From positions 68,138,001 through 68,202,000 of the forward strand of contig OZ287748.1 of NCBI GenBank assembly GCA_965649765.1: a stretch of DNA of 64,000 bases, given 5' to 3'. Shown in pieces: positions 26,301 to 40,387 of the stretch (within the stretch, counting starts at the first letter, position 1; each line of letters begins with the position of its first letter). The notes under the pieces are model-generated. The model did not search any database. It was not told where the DNA came from and worked only from the letters and a program-made list of their open reading frames with translations. A program made the position numbers and the translations under genes. The DNA is from Bispira polyomma (lineage: Eukaryota).

Positions 26301-29300
26301 TGAGAGTGATAGCTAGGCACATGGTGATCACCTGAAACATATACATGTACATAGTGGTCACCTGAAACATATACATGTACATAGTGATCACCTGAAACAT
26401 AAATAGTACTAGGACTAGAGCCACAGTGACACTGAGGGTGATATCTAGGCACATGGTGATCACCTGAAACATAAACAACAGGACTAGAGGCAAACTGATA
26501 CTGTGATAGCTAGGAACATGGTGATCACCTGAAACATATACATAGTGATCACCTGAAACATTAACATGTACAAAGTGGTCACCTGAGCTATAATTACTAC
26601 TACTAGAGCCACAGTGGCACTGAGTGTGATAGCTCGGCACATAGTGATCACCTAAAAAATATGCATGTACATAGTGATCACCTAAAACATATATATGTAC
26701 ATAGTGATCACCTAAAACATATTTATGTACATAGTGATCACCTAAAACATGAACAACAGGACTAGAGGCACAGTGACACTGAGTGTGATAGCTAGGCACA
26801 CAGTGATCACCGAAAACATATACATGTACATAGTGGTCACCTGAAACATGAACAACAGGACTAGAGCCACAGTGACACTGAGTGTGATAGCTAGGCACAT
26901 AGTGATCACCTGGATTTGAATTTGAATTTGGATATTTAACGTCCACTCTAGTACCTTTTAGTAGGTTATATTGGGACGGGTAGTTGGAAACGCTGGAGGA
27001 AACACTGCATACAGTTGGTCAAGGTTCTGCACTGAAACAAGCGGCCCACCATAAGGAACTACCACCTTTCCCACATAGGCATCGACGGGATTCAAACTCA
27101 CCCAGAGGTGAGAGACCAGTGATTGTGAAACGCAATGCTTGCTAACCACTAGGCCAACGCGGCCCCTGGTGATCCCCTGGAACATATACATGTACATAGT
27201 GGTCACCTTAAACAGATGTGGACATTTTTGTTACTAATAATTTATATTACTATATAACATAAAGTAACACTGTGACAAGATAATCTTTTTCGTGACTAAT
27301 ATATGTTCTTGTGTAGATTTACCACTGTCAGACTGATAGATTATTGTGTAAACAATACTGGCACCAGCTTTTGCCATAAACTTGTTGGAAAAACTACAAA
27401 ACAGTACATTTCTTTATCAATATACACAGGATCCCTTCACAGGTTTTTTTAGAACTAAGGAAGCAGTTTTCTTTATGTGATGAGACATTTGTGTGTCAGG
27501 ATCATCCATGGTGGGGTTGAACCTTTTTACCATATTATACCTGTAACAATTACCAACTACCTAGAGATGAAGCAAAAATAGGACATTTGGAATTACATTT
27601 TAATGTGGTATGTGGACAAAGTCCTCCCCGCCCCCCGCCACATGAAAATTGAAATAGCACAAACATATCAGTAATACTGTAACAATAATAGAGTGAGGGA
27701 TTTACATTCTAGCCTCACTTGCTCATCATATATCTTTAATATGTTTTTGTATTTTGCATTTTGAAATGCGAGGCATCTTCTAAAGTGCAACGACAGAATC
27801 ATGGATGGAAGGATGTGGGTGTGTGTAGAGAGGGAATTAAAGGGGCAATCAAGTTCTATGATATAGGTTTTAAGTTTACTCGAAAACCCAGAAAGTGTTT
27901 CTATTGATTTAAGCTCAACAAAGACATCATTCCATAAGATAGGGGCAGCAACAAAGAAAACTGAAGATCCAATATGGCAGTGGAGGAGTTCTGTTATACA
28001 ATCCACAAATCATACATGATGTTATATGGCATGTACTTCTTAAATAGAAGAAAATATTACCTTGCACCACTATTGGTTTGTTATTGGTATGTAGACTAAA
28101 ACAAATCATACACACTGAAAAATTTTGAGAAAGAAGGCTAAGGCTAGGAGGATATGTATGTCATAGAAACATGAGTAATGACTCGTGCATGTTTACAAAA
28201 CCCTGGATGTTTCCCCAGCCATACCCATGATGTGACCAGTTATATTTACAAGCTCATGCGTCAGCCGATAATACAGCATTATTTATAGGCATTGTCTGTA
28301 GGCCTACACTTAAGAGCAAATAATGAGAAAAAGATCCAGAGGACAAAAAATAGTCGAAGGCTTATTGTTATGATTAACATACAACAGTCAATCCCAGAAA
28401 CAACCCTGACAGCAATATGTTCTATAATTGAACCTCTCAAATATGATATAGTTGAACCATCGAATATGATATAGTTAAACCCTAAAATATTATATAGTTG
28501 GACCCTCAAATATGATATAGTTAAACCCCTCAAATATTATACAGTTCAATATCTCAACATTATTTAGTTGAACACCTCAAACATTATATAGTTCAACCCT
28601 CAAATATTATATAGTTCAACCCTCAACTATGATATAGTTGAACCCCTCAAATATTTCACAGTTGAATATCTCAAAACATTATATAGTTAAACCCCTCAAC
28701 ACTTTATATAGTTGAACACCTCATACATTATAGAGTTGAACCCCATCTTTAACGTCAAGGGGCTGGGATAACTTAAGCAGGATTTCCACTTCACATGGTA
28801 GATTGTACTAGACAAGCCCGTAGTTGGACTATTGGCTTTTACATAACAAATTTACTTTAAACTGATTCATCTTTCATTCAATTCTTGTCATCAAACAAAG
28901 GGAAAATTGTTATAATCGTTACTTGTTAATTACAAAATATTTATAACACTATTAAATAATATAAAGGGAGGATTAACATATTTTTTACAAAATAATAAAA
29001 AAATTTATACAAAAATTTCAAAATTTAGAGATAAATATTTAACAATACAAAAGTGTAATTTGAAAAAAAAATCCAGATATATAGTTTGCCAAACATTCAT
29101 AGTAGAACAAGAGTTATATGTGTAACTTGCACAAATCTTTAAATACTGCAGGTAATGTAACAATATTTGCAAAACGAAAAGTATTCAAATTGCACCATTC
29201 TTCTTCTTTGATATTACTTATCAATTATATAAAACTACATACATCATTACTTTTTGTAAGATATATTAAACATATAATTGTTTGTCTCACCTTGTTGTCA

Positions 29301-32300
29301 CTACCAAAATAGATGGGTACAAATGCTGTCCATATGACACAAGTGGTGTACATGGTGAATCCTATGAACTTGGCCTCGTTGAAGTTTTCAGGCAGGTTCC
29401 TGGTCTTGATGGCATAGAGTGTGCACATGACTATCAGGAAGATGTCGAACCCCAAGGGCACGATGATGCCGATGGTGGAGGCATTGCATGCCAGCCTCAC
29501 TCTGGTTTTTACTGGGTAGATCAGCTGGGAGTCTGCTGGTTCCATAATGAGCATGACTGTGATGATGGCACACTCTATGCCAATGATAATGAAGGTGATG
29601 ACCACCTGTGCTGAGGCGCTCATGAACCTTGGCTTGCGGGTCATGATCTTCTTCTTACTCCCGGCCAGGATACGGGCAATGCGGTTTGTCTTGGTCACCA
29701 GAGCGCCATAGATGAGTGAAAAGGAGAACCCGGGAAGAATTCTGGTTAAGTAGCATGTGACTAGAGATGGTTTGGCCACCAGAGGGAATGTGGTCAGGAA
29801 CGAAGTACAAATGCCGACCAGTATGATGTAGCTGAGTTCTCGGGTAGATGCCTTCACCACTGGAGTATTGTTGTGGCGGATGAAGACCAGACCAACCCAG
29901 CCAGTTACAAAGACCCCTGTGCAGGCAAATACCATGGCAATTATGGCTTCGGTGTCCCCCCATTGCATAAACTCTATCATAATCATGTCACAGGCTGGAA
30001 AAATATGATATAACAAAGCGTTGCCTTTTAAATAAGACATAGGTACACAACGTGAAATACACTAACAGTGATATGACCACTATTTACTATTTAAGGATAG
30101 CTTGTCACCCCTACAAATATTAATCTTATACTACTCAGTTTGGACAGGTCGTTTGCTTCCAACCAATCTATAAAGGCCTAACACATTTTTTTCTGAGATG
30201 GCAGTGCCCTTTTGAAATAATGGCAGTTCCCTTTTCAGAATAAAAACGATATCAGGCTTCGCCTGATAAAAATGCGAACAAAAAAGTGTACAGTATTGAT
30301 CTTTTAAATATAGAAGGCACTGGTAAAGTTATAAAAATACAACAAGTACAGCTTCTTTCTGACATTTTAAGTTTCCTGACAAAATGCCACCATTAGTACA
30401 TTAGTTGTACTTAATTGCATCTTATTTTTTAGCAGCAAGTTCCTTTTTGGTAAATATAGACACAGATGACTTTGCTAATGAAGAGGCAGTAGCAGTCTTT
30501 TGTCCGCATATTGCAGCAGCAATTATGAAACACCATTGTCATTTGATGAGAACTTCCCACATCATTTTTTTTTTTTTTTTGTCAACGTGAAGAAAGTAAC
30601 AAACCAAGGATTCAAATTTGGAATGTTCTCATGATTGCAAGTAATTGCCATGTTATGTTTTCTACAGTGAGGGAGGCACAGAAGATTGATTTTAGTGGTC
30701 AGAAAATACAGAAATTTGAGAAGCAATTAATTAGTAATTGAGAAAATTTAATAAACATTGTTTATATGGATACGGAAGAGTATAAGAGGCAACCTTTTTT
30801 CTTTCTTTTTTTTTACAAGGACCAACTTTTATATGTAATGTTTTGGGGAATTCCAGAGATAATATCTCGATAAATTAAGATAAATTATCTCGGCAAATAA
30901 AAAAAATAAATAAAAAATTGGCCCTTATGCTCTTCCAGTCTTTTGTCGACATATTATCTTGATAAACCGAGATAATTAAGGACCAACTTTTTAAAAACTT
31001 TTCTTAATTGTCGACATGTTATCTTGACAATTATCCACCATAGAGAAGGAATCTATGTGAGTGGCCAACTGAACAGCCAACATGGAGAAGGGTACAAACA
31101 GTCATAGGGTCAAAAGCTAATCAGCAAAGAGTCATGGGGTCAAAAGTTCATCAGCAAACAGTCATGGGGTCAAAAGTTGATCAGCAAACAGTTATGGGGT
31201 CAAAAGTAGTTAATCAGGGCGAGACACAAAACGATATAGAGATCAAAAGCAGATAATCAGGGAAAGACACAAAACAACATAGAGGTCAAAAGTAGTTAAT
31301 TTGGGCCAGACACAAACAGTCATCGGTCAAAAGTAGTCAATCAGGGCAAGACGCAAAACAGTCATAGAGGTCAAAAGTAGTTAATCAGGGAAAGACACAA
31401 AACAGTCATAGAGGTCAAAAGTAGTAAATCACGGAAAGACACAAAACAACATAGAGGTCAAAAGTAGTTAATCAGGGCCAGACACAAAACGACATAGAGG
31501 TCAAAAGTAGTTAATTAGGGCAAGACACAAACAGTCACAGGTCAAAACTAGTTAATCAGGGCGAGACGCAAAACAGTCATAGAGGTCAAAAGTAGTTAAT
31601 CAGGGAAAGACACAAAATGACATAGAGGTCAAAAGAAGTTAATTAGGGCAAGACACAAACAGTCATAGGTCAAAAGTAGTTAATCAGGGAAAGACACAAA
31701 ACAGTCATAGAGGTCAAAAGTAGTTAATCAGCCAACAGTCATAGGGTCAAAAGTAGTTAATCAGAGCGAGACGCAAAACAGTCATAGAGGTCAAAAGTAG
31801 TTAATCAGGGCAAGACACAAAACGACATAGAGGTCAAAAGTAGTTAATTAGGGCAAGACACAAACAGTCACAGGTCAAAAGTAGTTAATCAGGCTTTTTA
31901 CAAAAGTCAGTTTCAACAAAATCGGTCAGTATTTGTCAATTTAGTTACATAAAGTATTGTATATTGGAACATTTTATGTCAATAATATGTAAACTATTGT
32001 ATATGGAAAAATAAAATATATTATACACAAAAAAATACAAATTATTGGCCCTTGTAAAAAAAGAAAAGAAAAAAGGTTGACCCTTTATATTTATATCTTA
32101 AAAATAATTCAAACATTTAAACACAATTTGAGGCTCTGTATAATTTATTGAAGGCAAGCTCTGTACATGTTTTAAATTTGGTGCAGATATCTGCAACACT
32201 GGCCGTTAAAAACTCAAAACTAATGAGCTTAAACAGTCTTAGCTTTAAAGTTTTGTGAATAGGGATACAGATTAACTACACTTTTGATTACCCTTTTCCA

Positions 32301-34861
32301 AAAATAATATAAATCTATGCAATTAATCCAATTAAAAAAGACATGGAAGTATTCATCAACACAAAGTGTGATAGTTACATTATGATTTGTAAGATTTTAA
32401 TGCCAGTGTTTTCATAAAAAATTCAGATTTTTATAAAGGATTCAATGATACAGTTACTATATATGGTATTGGGTGAAAAATGTCAATTTGAAACTATCAG
32501 CCAACTGCCAATTACCCAAATATTATTTCTATTTTAAGGTTACCCCAAACCAAGATAGTCCCATCAGTGCAGTCTTCTGATAAAAAAATATAAGGATCAT
32601 AGCAATAACAGTCGTTAAGATATATAAAAAATGTGGACAAAATGGCTTCGGTGGGTGCTTTAAAGGACCTTAAAGTCACCTCAAACTGCCAGCTTTGTGA
32701 TTGATTTTTGGCATAGTCTTTAATAACAGATAGATGTATTATCCTAAACCACAATCACATTGTCCTCACTCTTTGTGAGTTATATAGGAAAATGTAACCT
32801 TTAAGTTTAGGAACCAGTTAAGATCTCGTTTAGGATCCGGATAGATTGGTATGCTAAATTTAAATTAAATCTGTGAAAAACCTTTTGAGTTATCGCCATC
32901 ATGTCGCTGTGTCTAGGGCAGTGGCACGACCGGACTGAATCCAACATAAAATTACATGACACACAATTTAGGGGTCATCTTCTGCATAATTCTGATAGAT
33001 TTTATTTCAAAAAAACTTTTTTTATAACAGAAAACCAAAGGGAACAAAAGGTCACACATTCAAAGTTTATGCCAAATAATACCCATACAGCGATTTACAG
33101 GTTTTCCTGAGTATATTATGGCATTAATTTTTGGTAACATTAAAGTCAATTTGTGTTGAAACGTCCCTACTGTAAACTGCTGACCCATCCTACCTGTTAG
33201 ATCATCATTGGGCCACCACCCCTGTTGGCAAGGCTTGCAAGTTTCATCCACAAGAATTTCGTTATCTTTACATGGAGTACAGACCCAACAGCACTTGATG
33301 CCACCAACATTGATTTTCTGAGAAATATTACATTAAAGTATATGAGTTAACAGATATTATCTATATGTATATAGGTGAACAGATATGATGTGTATGTACG
33401 GTCAGACAAGAAAATTATACAAATAACTACAGTTGGACCCAACAGTATAGAAAATGGTAAGGTAATCTGTATATGTGTAAAATACAAATATTATGTATAT
33501 GTATATAAGTAAAGAAAATGTTTTACAAATAAATACAGTTGTACCCCATGTAAATAGAATTACCCCGCTTTATGGAGAAACAAATCTGTAATCCCACAAA
33601 GCCCTTTTCCTTTTTAACATCTACCGGTTAAGTGGAAATCCTGCTTAATGAGAGAGATGTTTCTCCTGGTAACCTTGAAGTTCGACTCAAAGGGGATTCA
33701 TCTGTATTTACATGGAAAATGTTATACACTACATGCAAAAAATAATAATAGAAGGTTAATAAAATAAATGAAAATTCGGTAGAATGAAAGTGTGTTCATT
33801 AAAATTAAATATTTTGATAATTATAGAAGTTCAAATATTAGAATATTGCAATATAAACTGAAAAATAAGTTTTATATAACTGTGTAGATTAAAGTACAAA
33901 TTTCTATTATCCAAATATAGCTTAATTTCTACTCTAACAAATGATCTTTTCTCACCCTGTTATTCTAAAATGACTCCTAAAAGTTAATGAACCTTGTGCT
34001 ATCCGAACAAAATCTGGCTCTACCTAACATGTTCGGATAATAGAGGTTCTACTAAACACTATTACTCCAGTAATATGTACAATAAAAATATTAAAATATG
34101 TCGACATCTAAAATATTGGAATACTAATTTCACTTTTTGTCTTTAAATGTATCTGTAAATCAGATTACCATAATCTTTATCTTTAAAAAAAGTTATTCAC
34201 ATTCATTGGTCAGGTTTAAGAAGTTAAGACCAATTGTAAGCCTATACTTGTAAATTGAGTATTTAATTGGGTAATATGTTGCTTTGAACAGCTAAGGTCA
34301 TGCCACAATGGCCAGATTCCATGGTGAAAGAAACCGGTGCTGAAGCCATAGTAAACCACCGACCTACAAGAAGTACCTGACAAACTTTCCCACACGAAGG
34401 AATGAATAGGATTGGAACCCACATTGGTGAGAGACTAACAATTGTGAAGCAGACGCTTCTAACCACTAGGCCAGCGCAGATCTTTGAGCCTACAATTTCA
34501 ACTTTTATAGAATTATGGTATTTTCTCAGTATATAAGTACTGTAAGTATATTTGGTTGTACCAAATAAATATATAAATTAGGAGAAAGAAAGTTATTTTT
34601 ACTATTTGAAGTAAGTGCATTATTATATAATAAAAATGAGAACCCAAACAATTGAGTCTGCGCTATATTTTTTAACATTCTAACGCCCCCACAAACTATA
34701 AAACTTTTTTGTCGACAAAAAGTAGATCATTTGCCTTGTTCTATGATGCATACGATAAACTCTTAAAAAGGTTTATAGTAACATTTTAAGAATAGCTCCA
34801 AAATCCAAAAAAATATTATGCTAAAAATATACATGTTCCTCATATTTTATTACAAACGTGA

Positions 34862-34892
<31 letters not shown>

Positions 34893-37800
34893 AAGGAAAC
34901 AATAAAACATCTGATGACAATAAACTATAGAAATCACTTGAGTTACAATTTTTGTTTTGGTATGAAAACAAAGCGAGGCAAAAACGTCTTGATTCCAACC
35001 TCTTTCTAAATGCTTCCTTTTGCTATCAAATGTAGCTGGAGAAAAAAATCAAATTGCAAAATTTGTCCCCAGAGTAAAAGGGATAATTTAATTGTAGGAA
35101 GGGTCGCCTAATCCTAATTTGACCTTGTTCATGGACAAAGACTATTCTACTTCCAGCTAAAAAACCTGTTTTATGCTGCAGTTGCACCAACATTTGCATT
35201 ATATATCTGGCAAGCTTTTCAAACATAAAACTGATTTAAGTTTCAAAGGAAAAAGAATAATCAAATGTCAACTGCTTCTTGAGTAAGTAAATAGTTAATA
35301 CAGTAACTGCTGGGTAAGCTCAAATATAAACATAAAACAAACAACAACACATATAATATATATGTCCAGTTTACCCTCTCTTAAGATTATTAGTTTGTGA
35401 CAAATGAGAGAAAGATGTTGTTGCCTTGGAAGACAGGTTATATCTGGAAAATGTATTCGCCCGGTACACTTAATTCCGTCACTAAAGATGCTCTTGGAGA
35501 TGAATCTCTGTCCCCCAGGGAGAGAAATTTACCTCTTATTTTTTTAAAGAACCCAATTGTAACAAATATTGGAAACCTGTTTTAATTGGTGTCTGTGAAC
35601 TGCTTTAATTTACCAACTGGGCATCACCCATCAAAATGGTAAAAGTACTGCAAAAGTGGAAATTTTAAGTGAAAATGAATATTAATTCCAGCGAACTTCT
35701 TTTAGAAATTGAAAAATTCATTAAATGCTATCATTTAGAATTACACCCTGCAGGCATGTATATTGTCAATGCCACAATATGAATCCGAAAAATTTCATTA
35801 GCAATTTGTACAATTTATTTCAAGTATTTAAGCTAATGAGTTTGGATAGTGACAATTAATTCCCAGTTAAAAAATTGAATTTGTATTGATATTGAAAGTT
35901 AAAAGAATAACCAGAATGAAATGAAAATGAATTCCAGTGAAATTGTCAAAAATTGAAATTAATGACATTATTGTCAGGCACAAATTTTACTTATGCAGTA
36001 TTGATTAGAGCCTATCTTTTAGAATTATATCCTGCAGGCATGGGGGGGGGGGGGGGGTGGGGGGTTGTTATCAATACCATCAGATCAATCTACAAGAGAA
36101 CAGTAGAGCCTTTTTTATCTGAACAAGATGGAAGACCATGATTTTGTGCGGATGCGGATATTAGTAGGTTCATAAAATAAAAAAGTCAGTTTAGAGTTAG
36201 AATATGTTAATAAAATCAAATATTTTGATAACATAAGGTTTGGAGGTCAGATATTCCACTGTATTAAAAAGTCATGTTGCATTTTTACAACAAGCATGGT
36301 TTATATAAGTAAAAAGTGTTTATATAAGTAAAAAGTGTTTAGTATATTATATATTGATTTTATTGTGTCATTGTTAAGCTATGCACCTTAATTTATAAAT
36401 AATTGAAACAGTACGAAATATTTAATTATAGCAATCAAAATATTTTATGGGGGTATATATTTCAGTCAAATCATCAGTGGGATGAACAATGCACAACATT
36501 CAAGATTGTGTTTGGAAGAAAGAAGTCAATTGTAAAACCAATTTTAAAAGCACACTGATACCTAACAGGGAGTCAATGTAGTGGCTATAGAATGGGTAAA
36601 GCATGTGAATTTTTTTTTTAATTTGGATATTTAACGTCCACTCTAGTACCTGTTTTAGGTTATATTGGGACAGGTAGTTCGAAACGCTGGAGGAAACACT
36701 GCATACAGTTGATCAAGGTTCTGCACTGAAACCATCGGCCCACAGTAAGGAACTACCACCTTTCCCACATAGGCATCGACGGGATTCGAACTCACTCCGC
36801 CCAGAGGTGAGAGACCAGTGATTGTGAAGCGCAATGCTTGCTAACTACTAGGCCACTGAGGCCCCTTAAAGCATGTGAAAGCCAAGCGGAAAAACTGACC
36901 AGTAGTGCCATTACAATTGATTTTAGTCCTTTTTAGTCCTTTTTGCATATCCTTTTTATTTTAATCAATTTGATTGGATAAAATTTTTTTTTTTAATTTT
37001 TAAACAATCTGATTGGCTTAAAATATTTTTTAAACAATCTGATTGGCTTAGTCTAAAGAAATTCTAAAAAAATGCATTCTAAGAATGTTGGTAAATACAG
37101 GACCTGTTCAAAAGGAAAAGTGTTGTTGTGACCACAATAAAGCACAAGGGTATCCGATTTTAAAAAATTTAAATCAGTGGGATTCTCTTGTAAAAGCCCA
37201 TAGATTGATGTTAATGGTAATCTTTTTTACTTCTATAGTGCCACAATCGATGACCAAGCATCCTCTGTGGCACATATCCTAATAAGTGTGCAAAAGGATA
37301 GTCCGGTAGACGGGAAAAGGTTTGTGATCAAAGATTCAGTCGTGACAATGTGAAAATAAAACTGCAGTGCCATCTAGAAAACTATATTTTATGATTATAA
37401 CTACACAAACTATACACTTTAATATCCCAGTTAATGACAGACGATTGCTGTAGTTCCTTTGTAAAAGATTGAACCTTATTAACATTAAATAGCCATGCAT
37501 TAGCAGTAGCATGTTATAAGATTGATATGTGCACATGGTAAAACAATTATATAAAGTTCTATGCAACCAACATTAATTTTTATTTAACAGCCACCCACCA
37601 ACTAAATACTAGTAACAAGTTTAACAACTGCACACCTTCACCCACCATAGTGCACACCTTCACCCACCATAGTGCACACCTTCACCCACCATAGTGCCCA
37701 CCTCCACCCACCATAGTCCTAAAAGTGAATACAAAACTAAGTGAATCTGCCCTTTTGCCACAGATCTGTTTCAAAATGTTAATGGATGCTGTCTTGACCC

Positions 37801-40353
37801 CATGCTTCATCCATCCACCACATATGATGTGAACTAGTTCTTGTGTGTAATTCTGATGGCACACACATAATGATGGCACCTATAGTGTAGGGCTCTCGAA
37901 GTCATATACATTGTTTTCAAGATTCAGAATCGTAGGACAAAGCCAAGGTGTTAGTAGAAGAAAAAAAAACATGTATCCAGGGTTGTCATATGGTTTAAGT
38001 AAAAACGGGTTGGTTGATATGAATATATGCAGGAAAACTGAGATAAATAAACAACTGGTTCTAACATTTGGAAGAAGGGACTTTTACTTCCAAAGATGGG
38101 GCTGTGTGAGAAAAAAAAATGACCTGGAGCAATATCTATGGTTTCTGTACGTGCATTGCAACAACTTAAATTGTCTGACTAGATCAGCTCCTCAAAACAA
38201 TTTTGTGCAATTTTCTTTGATTCACCTCTCCCAAACCCTAGTAATAAACCAAAGGACACAAATGAAACATAACATCCTTGGTAAAGGATACAATACAATA
38301 TCATGATTTAACACGGGTGTTTCAGGCTTTCAGCTGCACTACGTTGCAATAGCCCTTGGGTTCATAAGTGATGTGCCCTGTGATGGTAGCAGGGGCCTCA
38401 GTGGCCTAGTGGTTAGCAAGCATTGCGCTTCACAATCACTGGTCTCTCACGTCTGGGCGGCGTGAGTTTGAATCCCGTCGATGCCTATGTGGGAAAGGTG
38501 GTAGTTCCTTACTGTGGGCCGCTGGTTTCAGTGTAGAACCTTGACCAACTGTATGCAGGGTTTCCTTCAGCGTTTCAACTACCCGTCCCAATATAACCTA
38601 CTAAAAGGTACTAGAGTGGACGTTAAATATCCAAATTCAAATTCGAATTGTGATGGTAACAAACCCAACAATGCTCTGCAAACTCTTGTTATTAGACTAT
38701 TATTATCAGTAAGCAGGTCCTTACTAGCAGATTAACATGTCAGTACTGGTTCGAAAGTTTTGCATATTGAATTACCTAGAAATCTTAAGGTATTATTGCC
38801 ATAAAACTGATGTTTATCTTTAATACAAGTGTGTTAAAAACAATCTTGGTTATTGCATATAAAATTACCTAGCAATCTTAAGGTATTATTGCCATAAAAC
38901 TGATGTATACTTTTAATACAAGTGTGTTGAAAACAACCTTGGCTATCATAATTTTCATATGTTTATGCTGTGAAAAAGAGCAATAAAAAAATTTATTTCA
39001 AAATATTCATAAAAGTAAAAAGGAGTTTTGTGTACTAAAATATGATTTTTTTTTTGTATTTACTATTTTGCAAACTTCAGTAGTTTTGAATTTAAGGTTT
39101 AATTGTAACTTTGACCAAATAGTAAGCTCTAAAATCTAACTGATAATGACACTATTTTGTCAAGCCTTATTGGTTATCAGTATCCCTCAATGATTCATTC
39201 ATATACTGGGGGTCGAATGACCCTTGGGCTGATAAGTCAGATTCATTTGGGCTGCAGAAAACCTGTAATGCCCTAAAATCATATTAAATATAGTATCAGT
39301 AATTTGTCATTTGATGAAATTTTATGATAAAATTGTTAAAAAGGCTAAATAGGTTTAGGGCATCAGACAATATTATGACAACCTATTGTATTTTTTTACA
39401 TGAAAGTAGGAAAAATCTGAAAAGAAAAACATGCGGAGAATTATATCTATGTAAATGTTTGTAGGTTTATAATCTTATAACACCTTTATTGAGGTATCAT
39501 CTCACTTTACAATTTACACCACAAGCCCTTGTTATTCCACTTGTCAACCAATTGTTCAGTCTCAACTCCTTCAGGCAGCATACTAGCCATGCTGTCACGT
39601 ACAGCTCACAAACTAGACTAACCACCTATTAGCGGCCAGGTACCCATTTATACACATGGGTAAAGAGGGACAACTTTGTGTTAAAGTACCTTGTCCAAGC
39701 ATACAATATTAAGGCCTGCAGAGAGGATAGACCCTCGGACCCTCAGATCCAAAGTCAGACACTCTCACCACTATTATTATTATTATAGATTTTTAACGCG
39801 CTTTATTGATGCTAGGCATCAGCAGAATCATTAGTCCAATCATTAAGTCCATGGAAATTGCAAAGTCGTAAGGAAGGAAGTGGGAGCATGCACGAGGAAA
39901 GCTAAGGTGGGTAGGCAAGATTAAAAAGATAGGTTTTAAGCTTTTTACTAAAACCGATAAGTGTGTCAACTGATCTGAGGTCAACTGGGAGACTGTTCCA
40001 TAACCGTGGAGTTGCAATGGAGAATGCTCTGAAACCCGCCTTTCTGATTGGTCTGACCGAAGTGACCAAGAGTCTTTTGCCTCTCTTGCGGTTACTAGAC
40101 CACAGAGACCATGTAAACTATATAATTGTTTATATTTACCTTAACCTGGCCTGCTGGGCAAGGCTTACTGCATACAGACTCCACTGTACTAGGACTACTG
40201 TCAAACTGTTGTCCAGGGAAGAAGACCTTCTCAGTTTCCATGGTGATGTTGCCCTGGTCCCAGCCACCCACACGTACATAGTCGTACACGTAGCTACCAT
40301 TGTGAACCTCGACTGGTCTGTAGTTCATGATGTCATATCTGAGGATGCATAGT

Positions 40354-40387
<34 letters not shown>

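Noticed and set aside
26011-26946. 311-aa ORF with GDHYV His/Tyr-rich repeats as a novel metal-binding protein
   Set aside because: It is the shifted-frame reading of the acceptor array. It starts at a GTG inside a SINE tail and runs into exon G, with no independent gene signals.
26332-27215. CRISPR-like repeat-spacer pattern
   Set aside because: The apparent spacers are themselves repeats of the intron end and TM7 start. The context is a eukaryotic intron with no cas genes.
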